Positions 10,032-22,800 are shown, counted from the stretch's first letter. The stretch: 64,000 bases of DNA from Heteronotia binoei (GCF_032191835.1 NC_083237.1:992001-1056000), one strand, 5' to 3'. Translations and numbers: made by a program. Notes: generated from the sequence alone by a model not told the origin.

Positions 10032-11995
10032 CCCTCAGTGGTGTGATGAAACAGTCGTTTTTAGTGGCCAGCTGACCTCTGTATCTTTCCTGGGGTGGAC
10101 CCCCCCCTTTTCCAGTCCTGTGGCCTTTGGATCTGGGGTAGGTGACATGGGTGGGGCTGTTGGGGTGGGGACCCTTTGAATTGCCATGCACGCGCCCTTT
10201 GCAGCCCAATTCTGCATCTTTGCGAGAAGGGGGGGGGGGGGGCCAGAGCAGACAGAAGCCCATGAAGCCTGAGGCTGCAAATCAGCCAGCGAGGAGGGGG
10301 CTTCAAGGGGGGGGGGAGTCTGTCCAGAGAGGCCTCAGCCAGGAGAGACAAGAAGGGCAGACAAAGGGCATTGGAATATTTACACCAAACCTTCAGCCCC
10401 TGATAATCCCCGTCTCCCCGCCCCTTGTGTCTTTGACGTGTCCTTTGAACACAAGAAAATCCAAGGGCCAACAGTCCTCCCCCCCTCCCCCCCCCGGGAC
10501 CTGGACTGGGGCCCTTGCTTCTGCCCCAGCTCTCCTGATCCCTCCCCCCCACCTGCCCCCAGGTTGGCCTTCAGGGCTCCCGCATTTCCTGGGAGGAGAG
10601 CTAACACAATTAATTCTCAGGTGGGGAGAGGCAACTGTGGGGATCTGGCTAGCCTGGGTATTTATTTTATTTTATCCGATTTATTTCCCACCCTCCCCTG
10701 ACGATCTTCCTCTGCTCTGGGAAGGGGGCTGGCGGGGGGTGGGGGGTGAGGAGTGGCCTGCTCCACTTGGAAAGCAGACGCGGTGGTGCCCACATGACGG
10801 TGCCCTAGGATCTGCCAATGAGGGTGCATATGAGGCAGTTCCATCCCAGTCGAAAGGGACAGGATGGCCACAGCAGGTAGCCACAAGGCAGGGGTCTGTG
10901 TGGACGGGGCTTCTGCTCCTTCCTCTTAGCATCTGTCGTCCTCCTGCCCACACCACGTGGCTCGCCTCCTTGAAGCCCCTCCCCTCTCGAATCCAGCCCA
11001 CTCCCTCCAGGCCTTCTGCAGCCCCCATCCCAAGAAGACATCTCTGCTATGCCCCCAGCTCTACCAGCAGCTCCCCACCCCTGGCTGCCCCTTATGCCCG
11101 GAGTCTTCTTCCCAAAGCGATGCCCCCTCCCTTCATCCCATGCCCTCCCCTAAGCCCACCTTTGCCCCCCTCCCTGCTGCTCCTCAGCCCACCATGTGGC
11201 ACCAACTCTTCCCTGCCTTCTCTCTGCCAACCTTTGCAGACGACAGAGTTGAGTTTCCTTCTTCCTTGGGGTGCAGCCCTTCCTCCTTGCTTCCCCCCCC
11301 CCCTCCGTCAGAAGCCAGACACTTTCCTTAAGCCAAGAGCTGTGATTATGCAGAGATGTATGTGCAGCACCCTAAACATGCTCAGAGGCACTCTTTACTT
11401 GAGGAGAGCATCTCCTTTAAGCAGGGTGAAAATCCCCAAATCCGTAGCTCAGAGCAGTGTTCAGCTTCACAACAACCCTGCAGGGCTGGTCAGGGGTCAA
11501 AAGATGGTGATATGCCGTGCCCCCCCCTCCACACCTCATTTGCTTCAGTGCCCAGCGGGGGGAAGGGGGGCTTGGAACCCAGGGTGGTGTCTTTGGAAAG
11601 GGAGTGATGTCTGCTGGGCGGGGTGTGACAGTCTCTGGGAGGAGGGATGGAAGGGGTGACTTGGGGAGGGCTGCACAAGGGGGCTGGAAGAATCCCAGGC
11701 TGTGAGCCCCGCATTTGGCCAAAGGAAGCCACTGCTGCATGGGTCAGGTGGAGGCCGGCAGCAGCACCCCCTGCCCCCCCACCCGCAAGTAGAGCTTGCT
11801 GGAACTAGGATCCTAGTGTTACGCATGTGAAGGCCGGCCTGGACACGTTGGGTGTTATGTCCTGAGCTTGAGGCACAACAGAATGCACTGAGAGGATCCA
11901 AAGATCTGCATCCCGATTGGCTGCATAATTCTAACTGGCCAATTGGGAGTCAGTATCAGAGGACCCTAGGATCTGCCAATGAGCATGCATTTTCT

Positions 11996-12275
11996 CAGGG
12001 GTGGCCAAACCGTGTCTCGGGAGCCACGTGTGGCTCTTTCGCACATACTGTGTGTCTCTTGAAACCCGCACCACCCCATTGGCTGACTTGGAGGAGACAT
12101 TTTTCTCTTTAAATCACTTATCCAAGTCAAGCCCGCTGTCAGTTTGGAGAACACATTTAAAGTTGCTTTCTTTCCCCCTCCCCCTATCTATCCTCCTTCC
12201 TCCCTGTCTTGCGGCTCTCAAACATCTGACCTTTATTCTGTGTGATTGTTACATAACCAAGTTTGGCCACCCCGG
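11996..12275. mobile_element. hAT (Charlie-like) MITE, same family, opposite orientation
   Basis: TIRs caggggtggccaaac / gtttggccaccccgg; 8-bp flanks cattttct / catattct. Confidence 0.75.
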
Positions 12276-12488
12276 CATATTCTAATGAAGGATCCAAAAA
12301 GGGTGCGATCTTCCTGCGGGCTGGGCTTCCCCTGACCCATATTGCCGCATGTTCTGAGTGCTTGGTTGCCGTTTGTAGTCACTTAAGAAGCAGGCTATAT
12401 TGCTAATAGAGAGCTTTAATCACCATGCATTGAACCCAGTATTTAACACCTAGTATGTAACTTTTACATCATCTACTGTGCCATGGTA

Positions 12489-13180
12489 GGAGAGCCAGTT
12501 TGGTGTAGTGGTTAAGTGTGCGGACTCTTATCTGGGAGAACCGGGTTTGATTCCCCACTCCTCCACTTACAGCTGCTGGAATGGCCTTGGGTCAGCCATA
12601 GCTCTGGCAGAGGTTGTCCTTGAAAGGGCAGCTGCTGTGAGAGCCCTCTCAGCCCCACCCACCTCAGAGTGTCTGTTGTGGGGGAGGAAGGGAAAGGAGA
12701 TTGTGAGCTGCTCTGAGACTCTTCGGAGTGGAGGGCAGGATATAAATCCAATATCTTCATCTACCTCACAGGGTGTCTGTTGTGGGGGAGGAAGGGAAAG
12801 GAGATTGTGAGCTGCTCTGAGACTCTTCGGAGTGGAGGGCGGGATATAAATCCAATATCTTCTTCTACCTCACAGGGTGTTTGTTGTGGGGGAGGAAGGG
12901 AAAGGAGATTGAGAGCCGCTCTGAGACTCTCCGGAGTCGAGGGCAGGATATAAATCCAATATTTTCATCTACCTCACAGGGTGTCTGTTGTGGGGGGAGG
13001 AAGGGAAAGGAGATTGTGAGCCGCTCTGAGACTCTTCGGAGTGGAGGGCGGGATAAATCCAATATCTTCATCTACCTCACAGGGTGTCTGTTGTGGGGGA
13101 GGAAGGGAAAGGAGATTGTGAGCCGCTCTGAGACTCTTCGGAGTGGAGGGTGGGATATAAATCCAATATCTTCTTCTTCA
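12489..13180 (+). mobile_element. Family A SINE with 5 tandem copies of its 3' 104 nt
   Basis: Head GGAGAGCCAGTTTGGTGTAGTGGTTAAG with A-box and B-box-like GGTTTGATTCC; later units at 12767, 12871, 12975, 13078; ends in (TTC)n. Confidence 0.88.
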
Positions 13181-13884
13181 GTTCTGCTTTTAGATTTCCA
13201 GTTGGGTCTACAGCCTTCCTTCCAATCTCATTGTTCGCTGAATTCCCCAACCCTGTCGATTGTCTTGCCTCACTCCCTGTAACCCACCTGGAGGCAAAGT
13301 GAGAAAGGGGGACCAGGAATGACGTAAATAGGAAATAACAGGAAGTTGAACAGTCCCTGAGGCCCAAGGGCGTGATGCCTACCCGGCCAAGTGACTCGTG
13401 CGCTCCAGAACCCGTTCTCTCACATAGCATCAATCAGCTCCAGTTTGACATGTAAACTCCCCCCCTCGCACCACGCACCACGCAGCTTCACCTGCCGCCC
13501 TGTAGAATGGCCAGACAAGACAAACCAATTGCCTAGTGATGTTGTGGGTGCCAAGCTGCACTGTTTACCCAACCTGAGCTTGTTTTCTGCCATGCGCCCC
13601 TGGCGTTTGTGGGCAAACAGTCTCCGCAGTCACCCTCCTGCACGGACACCCGCACGTGGCCCAGCCAGGCGCCCCACTGTTGTGATCACAGCACAAGGAA
13701 GGGGCGGCATGAAGGCAGGGTCCCTCTCCGATCCCCAGGGAGGCTTCTCAAATTGCAGCCCCATCCAGTGGAGAGCAGGCAGGGAACCTTTACAGCCTCC
13801 GCTCGGTGGGGATTGGATAGATCAGTGAGGTGGGGTGGGATATTCCTCCTCTCTGGACCCCCTGAGTTATGGGGCCACATTCAT

Positions 13885-14540
13885 AAAATCATAGAATTGA
13901 AAGGGACCTCCAGGGTCATCAACCCCCTGCACAATGCAAGAAACTCACAAACACCCCCCCCCCCCACATACCCAGTGACCCTTCCATGATCACATAGTGG
14001 CACCCCCCCCCCCCCAAAATACAAAACCCCTTCAGGATTTGAAGCCAAACTGGCCTGGGGAAAAACTGCTGCCGGACCCCAAAGTGGCAATCAGCATTTC
14101 CCTGGGCGTGGAAGAAGGGGCCACAAGAACTGAGCACTGGTGCAACCCTTCCTGTCCTCTTTCTCATCATCTGCCTAATTCATTGCTGTCAGAGGATCCT
14201 GTGAATTAGAGGGCCACCTAGCCTCTGTTTAAAAACCTCCAAGGAAGGAGAGCCCCCCACCTCCCGAGGAGGAAGCCTCTTCCACTGAGGAACCGCTCTA
14301 ATGGTCATCTAGCCAACCCCCTGCACCATGCAGAAAAATCCTCCCCCTAAATTCACAGGATCTTCATTGCTGTCAGGTGGCCATTGAGCCTGTTTAAAAA
14401 CCTCCAAAGAAGGAGAGCCCACCACCTCCCGAGGAAGCCTGTTCCACTGAGGAACCGCTCTCACCGTCAGGCAGGTCTTCCTAACATTGAGGTGGAAACT
14501 CTTCTGGTTTAATTCCAACCTGCAGGTTCTGGTGTGACCT
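13885..14540 (-). mobile_element. CR1 LINE 3' end fragments, partly duplicated
   Basis: Reverse of CR1 ORF2 C-terminus (RKNFLTVRAVPQWNRLPREVVGSPSLEVFKQ) and 3' UTR ending in an ATTCTATG-type tail. Confidence 0.8.
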
Positions 14541-14644
14541 AGCTATGGCTGCCTCCCTCGACTTGGGGTTCAGTGACAGAGCACCTCACTGGCAGGCAGC
14601 CGGTGTGGCACAGGGGTTAGAGTATTGTACCAGGAAGGGGTGGG

Positions 14645-15215
14645 GGAGAGCCAGTTTGGTGTCGTGGCTAAGTGCACGGACTCTGGGAGAACTGGGGTTG
14701 ATTCCCCACTCCTCCACTTGCACCTGCTGGCATGGCCTTGGGTCAGCCATAGCTCTGGCAGAGTTGTCCTTGAAAGGGCAACTTCTGGGAGAGCTCTCTA
14801 AGCCCCACCCACCTCACAGGGTGTCTGTTGTGGGAGAGGAAGATAAAGGAGATTGTAGGCTGCTCTGAGACTGTCCTTGAAAGGGCAGCTGCTGTGAGAG
14901 CCCTCTCAGCCCCACCCACCTCACAGGGTGTCTGTTGTGAGGAAGGAAGGGAAAGGATATTGTAGGCTGCTCTGAGACTCTGTCCTTGAAAGGGCAACTT
15001 CTGGGAGAGCCCTCTCAGCCCCACCCACCTCACAGGGTGCCTGTTGTGGGGGAGGAAGGGAAAGGAGATTGTAGGCTGCTCTGAGACTCTGTCCTTGAAA
15101 GGGCAGCTGCTGTGAGAGCCCTCTCAGCCCCACCCACTTCACAGGGTGCCTGTTGTGGGGGGAGAAGATATAGGAGATTGTAAGCTGGTCTGAGTCTCTG
15201 ATTCAGAGAGAAGGG
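14645..15215 (+). mobile_element. Family A SINE with 4 tandem 107-109 nt internal units
   Basis: cacagggtg at 14815, 14922, 15031, 15140. Confidence 0.85.
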
Positions 15216-15440
15216 TGGGGAGGGACGGTGGCTCAGTGGTAGAGCATCTGCATGGGAAGCAGAAGGTCCCAGGTTCAATCCCCGGCATCTCCAACTAAAA
15301 AGCGTCCAGGCAAGTAGGTGTGAAAAACCTCAGCTTGAGACCCTGGAGAAAGAGCCGCTGCCAGTCTGAGAAGACAATACTGACTTTGATGGATGCAGGA
15401 GGTCTGATTCGGTATAAGGCAGCTTCATATGTTCATATGT
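15216..15440 (+). mobile_element. Family B tRNA-derived SINE
   Basis: GGTGGCTCAGTGGTAGAGCATCTGC...GGTTCAATCCCC head; CATATGTTCATATG tail. Confidence 0.85.
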
Positions 15441-15829
15441 ATAAATCTGCAGTCGTCTTCTTCTGAATAGTGAGCAGTGAGTCACAAAGGCCCATCCTGC
15501 CACACATCTCGTGAGTCTTTCAGGTGCTGCTGGCCTCTGGCTCTTTGCTACAGCTGCAGACAGACTCTCATCTGGAGAACAGGTTTGATTCCCCCCTCCT
15601 CCACACGCCCCTGCTGGCCATGGCTCTCTTGCATTCATTCTCCCGGGACTGGCCCTCTGATCACTCAAGAGATTTTGCAGGAAAGGAACTGCAGCCCAGG
15701 CCCCTTGCTCTGGCAGTGGCAGGGAGCAGTTCTGCTCTGGGGGGGGGGGCAGGGGGGTCAGGTGAGAGCTGCTGGCATCAGCCCTGAGGTCACAGAGAGG
15801 CCTTCCTCCTGCTGGGGCAGGCTGCCCCC

Positions 15830-16771
15830 ATGGTGCCCTGGGCCACTCTGGGCCTGGTGGCCCTGAACGTGGCCCTCTTCTGGCACCCCATCCGGTCTCC
15901 CGGCGGCTCCTGCCTGAGCGTGCAGACGGTGTGGGAGCAGGGCCAGTGGCACCGGCTGCTCCTGGCTCCTTTCCACCACCTGAGCCTGTGCCACCTGCTG
16001 ATGAACATGGCCACCCTCTTCTGGCTGGGCAGGGGCATGGAGCAGGAGGTGGGCAGCCTGCGGACGGGCGCTGTGCTGCTCCTCCTGGCCCTGCTGGGGG
16101 GGCTGCTCCACCTGGCCCTCAACGCTTTCCTGGCCGTGGCCACCGGGCACCCGTGGTACTGGGAACACTGCGCCGTGGGATTCTCAGGTGCGCTTCCTCC
16201 CCGCCCCCTCCATGCATGGCGGCAATGGGCTCACACAGGGGCCCAGGCTGCAGCCCCCAAATCCCCGGGGCTCACTGCCCGGCCAGGGACGCCTGGGGCC
16301 TCCGGCTGCTAGCCCTCCCTCCCTCTGGTGCCACGCAGGGGTCCTCTTCTCGCTGGAAGCCATGGGCCGGCAGGTGGAGCCCTTGCCGGTGGCCGTGTTG
16401 GCCAGCGGCGTCGCCTTGACGACCAGGTGGCTGTGCATTCTGGAATGCCTACTGCTCGCCCTCGTCCACCCCAGGTAGGCCCAGCAGGAGGGAGGGAGGT
16501 TGGCCAGCTCCAGCCCTTTCGGGGAAGCGGCCAAGCGGGGAGGCAGTCTGGGTGTGCTCAGAGGAACGCTTCAGTTTCCAGGGCAAAACCCCAGCCCGCC
16601 TCCCCATAGCCCTTTGTCAGGGGCGGGAGGGCAGGCCATTGCAGGCGGGAGCTGATGCACACGTCTCTTCCTTGCAGGAGCTCCTTTACGGGACATGTCT
16701 CCGGGATCCTGGCTGGGCTAGCCTTGTCCGCCTCCCCCTTGCAGCTTGGCAGTGGCGGCAGCAGCAACTGA
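15830..16771 (+). CDS. Rhomboid intramembrane serine protease, RHBDD1 (RHBDL4)-like paralogue; exons 15830..16187, 16339..16474, 16678..16771; 195 aa
   Basis: Exon 1 has WHRLLLAPFHH, HLLMNM and CAVGFS; donor at 16188. Exon 2 (after CCACGCAG) is GVLFSLEAM...LVHP; donor GTAGG at 16475. Exon 3 (after CTTCCTTGCAG) is RSSFTGHVSGILAGL. Phases 1 and 2 join without stops. These match the RHBDD1 motifs WQRLLLSPLHH, HLYFNM, CAVGFSGVLF and TSFAGHLAGILVGL (RHBDD1 sequence from memory). The start codon is uncertain. Confidence 0.85.
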
Positions 16772-19700
16772 GCCTCCTGGACGATGTGCTTCCTTCGCAA
16801 TATAGTCTTACCCCCCTCCCTCCCACGCCTGGGTCTGAGATTTAAGCGGGGGGGGGGGGGGAGGAATACTGCACCTCCCGACAAACAAGGTCACACCGGT
16901 TGGGTGCTCCTGCATCCTGGTGGCGTGGGGGGCTGGAGGAGGCAGTGACTCCCTGGCACAGCCGGCCAAACACGTGTGAATGCGCGTCGCCCTTGCAGAG
17001 AGAACGGAGGCCGGCGTCCCAGGCTCTTGCCACAGCCAGGGAGCCCAGGCAGGCGCCCAAGTCCTTTCCCTTCCCTCCACTCAGCACAAGGAGGGCAGGC
17101 CCAAGGCCTGCCTGGAGTAGTTATGTCTGGGCAGGAGGAGCCAAGGAGAGGCCTTCAAACCAGGGCTCAGGGGGTTAGACCTGCCCACTCTACCTTGAGA
17201 AATTTCCGGAAGGTTTTTTGGGGGAGAGGGTGGGGGAGTTGCCTGGGGAAGGGGAGTTTAGTGGAGATGATACCACTCCAGCACTTCATTTTCTCCCAGA
17301 CTCTGTTTACCAGAGTCTGCACTTTCCTTCAGTGGAAACTGGTATCTGTAGTCTGGAAATGTCCAGGTGAGTCAAAGTTTCTGCCTGGTGGCACCTTTAA
17401 AACCAGCTGAGTTTTATTCTGGGTACAAGCATGCACTCGGAAGCTTCTACCCAGAATTAAAAATTGCTGGTCTTACAGGTGCCTGACAGGTTTGGAAACA
17501 AGTTGTACCTCCAGAAGGATTCGAGGAAACTCCAGGAGGTCTCTGAGGAGGCAACAAAGTGCTAGCCTGAAGAGACGGGCCCCCCTGAGCGCAGGAAAGG
17601 GCTCTGAGAAAGGGGGCTGGCTGAGATGGAATTTAGGCCTGCAAATTGGGAGGAGGGCTCTCTGCTTTGATCTAACCCAAGAGAAGCACACAGGGGCACC
17701 CCATATCCTCTGCAAGCACGGCAGCCACGCCTTCTGCCACGTCACGGTGAGCCTTGCTTTCTGGACACAGAGGCAGATAACCCTTCCACAGGCAGTCCAT
17801 TGGAGGAGACTGTGCCCTTCACACCCCAGTCTTTGGAGGAGGTTCAGGAAAAACTTAATCTGACTCCTTTTAGACAGGAGCATGGAGCCAGGCACCCCCC
17901 CCCCACCACACAGTGCTTTGGGTGCAAACAGCAGGGTGATTACTAAACCAAAGGGTGTTGCCAGTCTTCCGCCCCCCCTTGCGGCAACCTCCTGGCTCTG
18001 CGACATGAGCACACAGAAGCAGACGTGACAGACACAGAAAGAGTGGGGAGAGATTTTTAAAGAGAGATTTTCATATCCATCTTTCCAGACATTTCCAGTG
18101 CAACAACTTTGTGTGCCCGTGAATACTATATCTATATATATAATTTGTGAGTATAGAGATATACATATATATCTTTAAAAACATAGTCCACACTTTTCTT
18201 TTTGAAAATATAAATTCCAGTCTTGATTCAGGGAACATGGCTCCACTCTTCTCAGGGAGACCAGAGGTTACAAAAGCAAGCCCCAGCAGAGATGGCAGGC
18301 TGGGAAGGGGAGGGACCTTTGAGGAGAGCCCTGGGATTGTGTCAGAAGCCACAAAGGGGGGGGACAGGAGGGGAGCAGCAAATTAAAGCAATTCCCCCCC
18401 TAACCCCCCCCCCCCAGTTTTCTTAAAATGTTTTCCTGTGCAAAACCCCTCCAACATTTAATAGGACCTTTGCCCCCACTTCTGCCGCACAAATCCGTGC
18501 TGCTCCCAGCCAGATGGGAATTCAGTTAGCCAAAGTGCAGTTTGCTCAGCTTTTGTGAAATCCCAGGCCGGCTGCTGAGTGCCTTTACCTCGGCTTCTGA
18601 CAACTGGATCCAAGAGGCTGCGTGGAAGAGGCCCCTGAGGGGCGGTTCTGGTGAGCTGGGAAACACGGAACACTGCAGGCGGCAAAGGCAGAGTGGCATT
18701 TCGGGTTGGGGTGGGCAGCTGGGGCAAGGGGCCCTCTTCTCCCCGTTCAAGCAGGCTCGGAGGTTTCCAGAGGGTCCCTTTTCTGGAATGGGGAGGGAGG
18801 GCAGGGTCTGCTTTAGGCCACCTGGCCGGTGGGGGGGGGGGAATTAAGCAGGACAAGGCAGGTGGGGGGGCAGCTGCAGTCTCCAGCTTCACACACTTGT
18901 GAGTTTTGCTCAGCAGCAAGCACATGCCAGTCCAGCCCAGGTCCCTGGGGGCAGCACAGAACACAGCCCTCAGTGGAGGCCGGGGGCAGCTCAAGGGGGT
19001 GCTTGCTGGGGCAGCGAGCCCTACAGACACGAGACCCCAGGCAGCTCCCTCAGATATTATTGCCCCTCCTTCCCTCCATGGCATCCATGCAGGGGTGCTG
19101 CAGAGACTCTTGCAAGCCCGCAACTGCCCGAGCCACTAACCATTTGTGCAATTACTGAGAGAAATGAGGGGGGGGGGGGTTTGATGAAAGGCTGGTGCTG
19201 TGGCTTATTCTCACTCCATCCACGGAACTTGGAAGCCTCCCTCTGGCTAAAAACCCACACAGTGGAATTCTCGCAGCAGGAGAACCGGAAAGCAGAAAAG
19301 CAAAGGGATCCTGCTAGAGGCCAAACAGAAGAGTGAACCTTGGCCCTTGGCAATCCACCAGCGCCAACAGCAACGGCTGCTAAGAGACTGGCAGGGGGGC
19401 GGCTGAAGAGGAAGCTCTTGAGATTGGAGCAGACTCAGACTCCAAAGAGAGTTCCCTTTTCCCAGCATGCACGGCAGCAATAGCCTCAACTTTGGCATCA
19501 TGTCCCAGCATGCACTGCAGGGGGAAGGGAGAGCCTCTCCAGCCGTTCTTAAGGTGCTTGCTTGAGCCTGTCACTTCCCTCCCTGCCATCTTTCTCCTAG
19601 CATGCACTGCTGCTGGATTTCCAGCAAGCCCCTAGCTTCCATTGAGAGCCCCACCATGCATTGCTTTGAGCCAGGCCCGCTCTTCAGCAGCCAGTAGTTA

Positions 19701-19854
19701 AAGCACTTCACAGCCCCCCCCCCCCTCCCAGGCAGAGACAGCAACAGACAGGCCGACTGGCTGAAGGGCCACCTGGCAGGCCGTGCTCCTATATACAGAG
19801 GCAAAGGTTGGGGGGGGGGGGCAGCGTCTCCTCCAGCATCTGCTGCCGCCGGTG

Positions 19855-22800
19855 CTATAAGAAAGGATTGGTGGGCGGCTGCTTCCCCAGAGCGAAGGGG
19901 ACGGGTGGCGCTGTGGTCATCGGTGTCTGTGAGGGAGAGACAGAAAGGCTGGTGAGCGGTGGGCGGCCAGGACACCCCTGTGCCAATTAAGTCCCTGGAC
20001 AGTCACACCCAATGAGCTCTCTAAGCAGCTTGGAATACACAGGATGGATGAAGGGGAGTTCTCAGATCATTTTTCACCTTGGGTGGGATGGGGGCATAGC
20101 TTTCTCCTTCAGGGCACCCCCTGCCCCAAAGATCTCTGGTATTGATTCTGTTGCCCGGAATGCAAAGAGGTTGGCTGTAGGGCAGGTATACTGGTCACCA
20201 AGGACAGCAGCAGACACCCCGCCCAGTCTGCTGGCGGTGTGGAGTGCCCCTCCCTGGGCTGAGTCTTCTGGGGGACTTCAGCCGGATGACCCCTCCTCTT
20301 TGCAGAGGAGGGCTCTGGTGTCTTCCACAGCACCAGATTGTATCAAGTCTCGCGTATCCATCAGGCCACATGCTGCCTTGATCTTCAGGATGGGGATAAA
20401 AACCTGGATCTGTTCACCACTTGACGAGGTGCCATTTTGCCCACCCAAGCCCCTTCCTGCATCGGCCACAGCCGATTTATGCTCCCTCACAGAGACTAGT
20501 GGACTCCTTTGGGTTCCAGAATGTGCTTCAGGATTCTATCCCTCCACCCCTCCCCCCGGTGACCCGTTAGATGAGCTGGCAGAGGACTGGAATCTCCGTC
20601 TCTCTGAAGCCACTGGCGAGGCTGCTCCCCAAGGTCCTCTTTGCCCGGTCCGAAATATGCCACGGAGCTTAGGAGGATGAAACTGGAGCTAAGACGACAA
20701 GAGCAAGTCTGGCGGCGACCCTGCAATGAAGCTGCAAGAACGTCTTCTGGGACGTTTATGAGATGGTGGGGAAGACCACGGAAAAGGACTTTTAGGCAGC
20801 CTCCATCGCATCCGCTAGCTCTTGCCCAGCACCATTTCTTAGGATCATTGTCATTAACTTCCATCAGAGAGAGTCCAAAATGTTATGAGATTCAGAAATC
20901 AGGTGTGAGGCCTTTGCAAGCTTCTTTGCAGATAAAATCTTGTCGCTCTGCCAGGACCTGCTCGCCAACCTTTGGGAGTTTAGGAACTGGAGGCCCCTTG
21001 GCTGTCTTTAGGCCCAACAGTGGACAAATTCAGCCAACTCTCCTGGGATTCTGGATGCTGCAAAACCTACCATGGTGTATGGCGTCCTGCAAGGAGCAAT
21101 CCTCTCCCCAATGCCCTCTTGGCCAGCTGGTGCATTGTTTTGGGCTGGGTTCCCATCAATATGCTGATAGCTCCTAGCTGTATCTGTCAGTGATTCAAAT
21201 GGGACCACCCCTCTCCTCCTCACCACACACACACACACACACCTCCCCCAACCCCTCTCCCCCACCAGAGGGGAAGGAAAGAGGGCTCCTTACCACAAAC
21301 GGGTTGGTTGAAATGCCCACTGGTTGTCCAACTTTGGTTATAGGAAATCCACCAAAGGGGGACCCTAAAGCAAGGGGAGAAGCCAAGCAACAGAAGGCCA
21401 GCTTCAGAGCGGGGAGGAAAAGTCACCCATGTCCCTCCCCTTCTCCTTTTCTCCCTCAGAGGATCTGGAGACGTCTCCAAAGGAAGTCCTGGTGCAGAGT
21501 CAGACTGGCCTTCCTGGCTTGGCCCATCTGGAACTGTGGGCCTCATGAGGAATTAGCCATCTGGTCCACCTGGCGCACCCGTCCCCTCTGGCCTCCAAGC
21601 TACCCCTCCCCCTTCATCTCCCCTATGACTGAGGGAGCCTGGACTCTCCAAAGCTCCTATCCTGGACATCTTGTTAAGACTGAGCTAAGGGAGAGATGGT
21701 GGTTCAGTGGTAGAGCATCTGCTTGGTAAGCAGAAGGTCCCAGGCTCAATCCCCGGCATCTCCAACTAAAATAGGGTCCAGGCAAATAGGCATGAAAAAC
21801 CTCAGCTTGAGACCCTGGAGAGCCACTGCTGGTCAGGGGAGGGACAGTGGCTCAGCGGTAGAGCATCTGCTCGGGAAGCAGAAGGTCCCAGGTTCAATCC
21901 CCGGCATCTCCAACTAAAAAGGGTCCAGGCAAGTAGACCCAGGAGAGCAGCTGCCAGCCTGAGCCACACACCCTCCAGTCCCAGAGCTTCATGGTGGGAC
22001 TCCTCAGACAGCCCCCTGGAAGCCCTGCCCATTTTGCAGACGAGGAGAGGAGCCTCAACTGCTGATGTGGAACATGCAGGAGACAAGAAAGGCGAGGGAA
22101 GGAAGGCGGGAGGGAGGGACCAGGCCCCCTAATCTGCTTCCCGCATCTTCACAAGGGCTACTCACCCCCGTTATGCTGGTGCCCCACCAGTGCCTGTGGG
22201 TGGAACTGCTGCTGCTGCTGCTGCAAGGGTGAAGCGAAGAGGCCAGAGAGGGGGGAGGCAGAGAAGCCGCCGGGGGAGCCCACCACAAAGGTGCCTGCAA
22301 GAAGAGAGCCAGAGGGAAGGACCTCACAGGAAACCCACAGCCAGTCAAGAGTCTCCGCTCCCAGCTGTGCCCAACACCCTGCTCCATGTTCGGAATACTG
22401 CAAGAAGTCACTCGGTGGGCCAGTGGCAGCTCAGACTCTTCCATGAGGCCACTGGCCTCACCTGCGCAGCTGCCATTTTACCAGAACCAGAGCTGGGGAA
22501 CCCACTTCCTACATTCTTTGTCACAGGATGTTTAAGGTTTATTCAGGCCCAATTAAACTACAACAAGAACCACACTCCCATCCTCTAAGCTCCAGCTTCC
22601 TGTCAATGGGCACCTCTTGGGCATTTGAGGCATAGCCGCATCCCCATGAGAGGCACTGACTGACACACCACCCAGCCAATGAGCAGGCAACTGTTTGGTG
22701 GTTTCTCGGGTGGGATTCTGTTCCACCTCTCTGCTGGGGGCTTCTGAAGAGGTGGACGAAAGAGAACACAGAAACAGGCCCTGGGCAACCATGCAAAAAT

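Noticed and set aside
10142-11659. 505-aa + strand ORF
   Set aside because: Non-ATG start, Pro/Leu/Gly-rich from C/G runs, no domain and no splice support.
10803-11983. 20-nt direct repeat CCCTAGGATCTGCCAATGAG at ~10803 and ~11964
   Set aside because: Similarity does not extend; probably remnants of an old repeat.
15216-15300. tRNA gene calls for GGTGGCTCAGTGGTAGAGC... sequences
   Set aside because: They continue into SINE bodies and tails at many loci; these are SINE heads, not tRNA genes.
20641-21177. 178-aa ORF in the last AGFG2 intron as a nested gene
   Set aside because: Explained by a frameshifted L2 ORF2 remnant.
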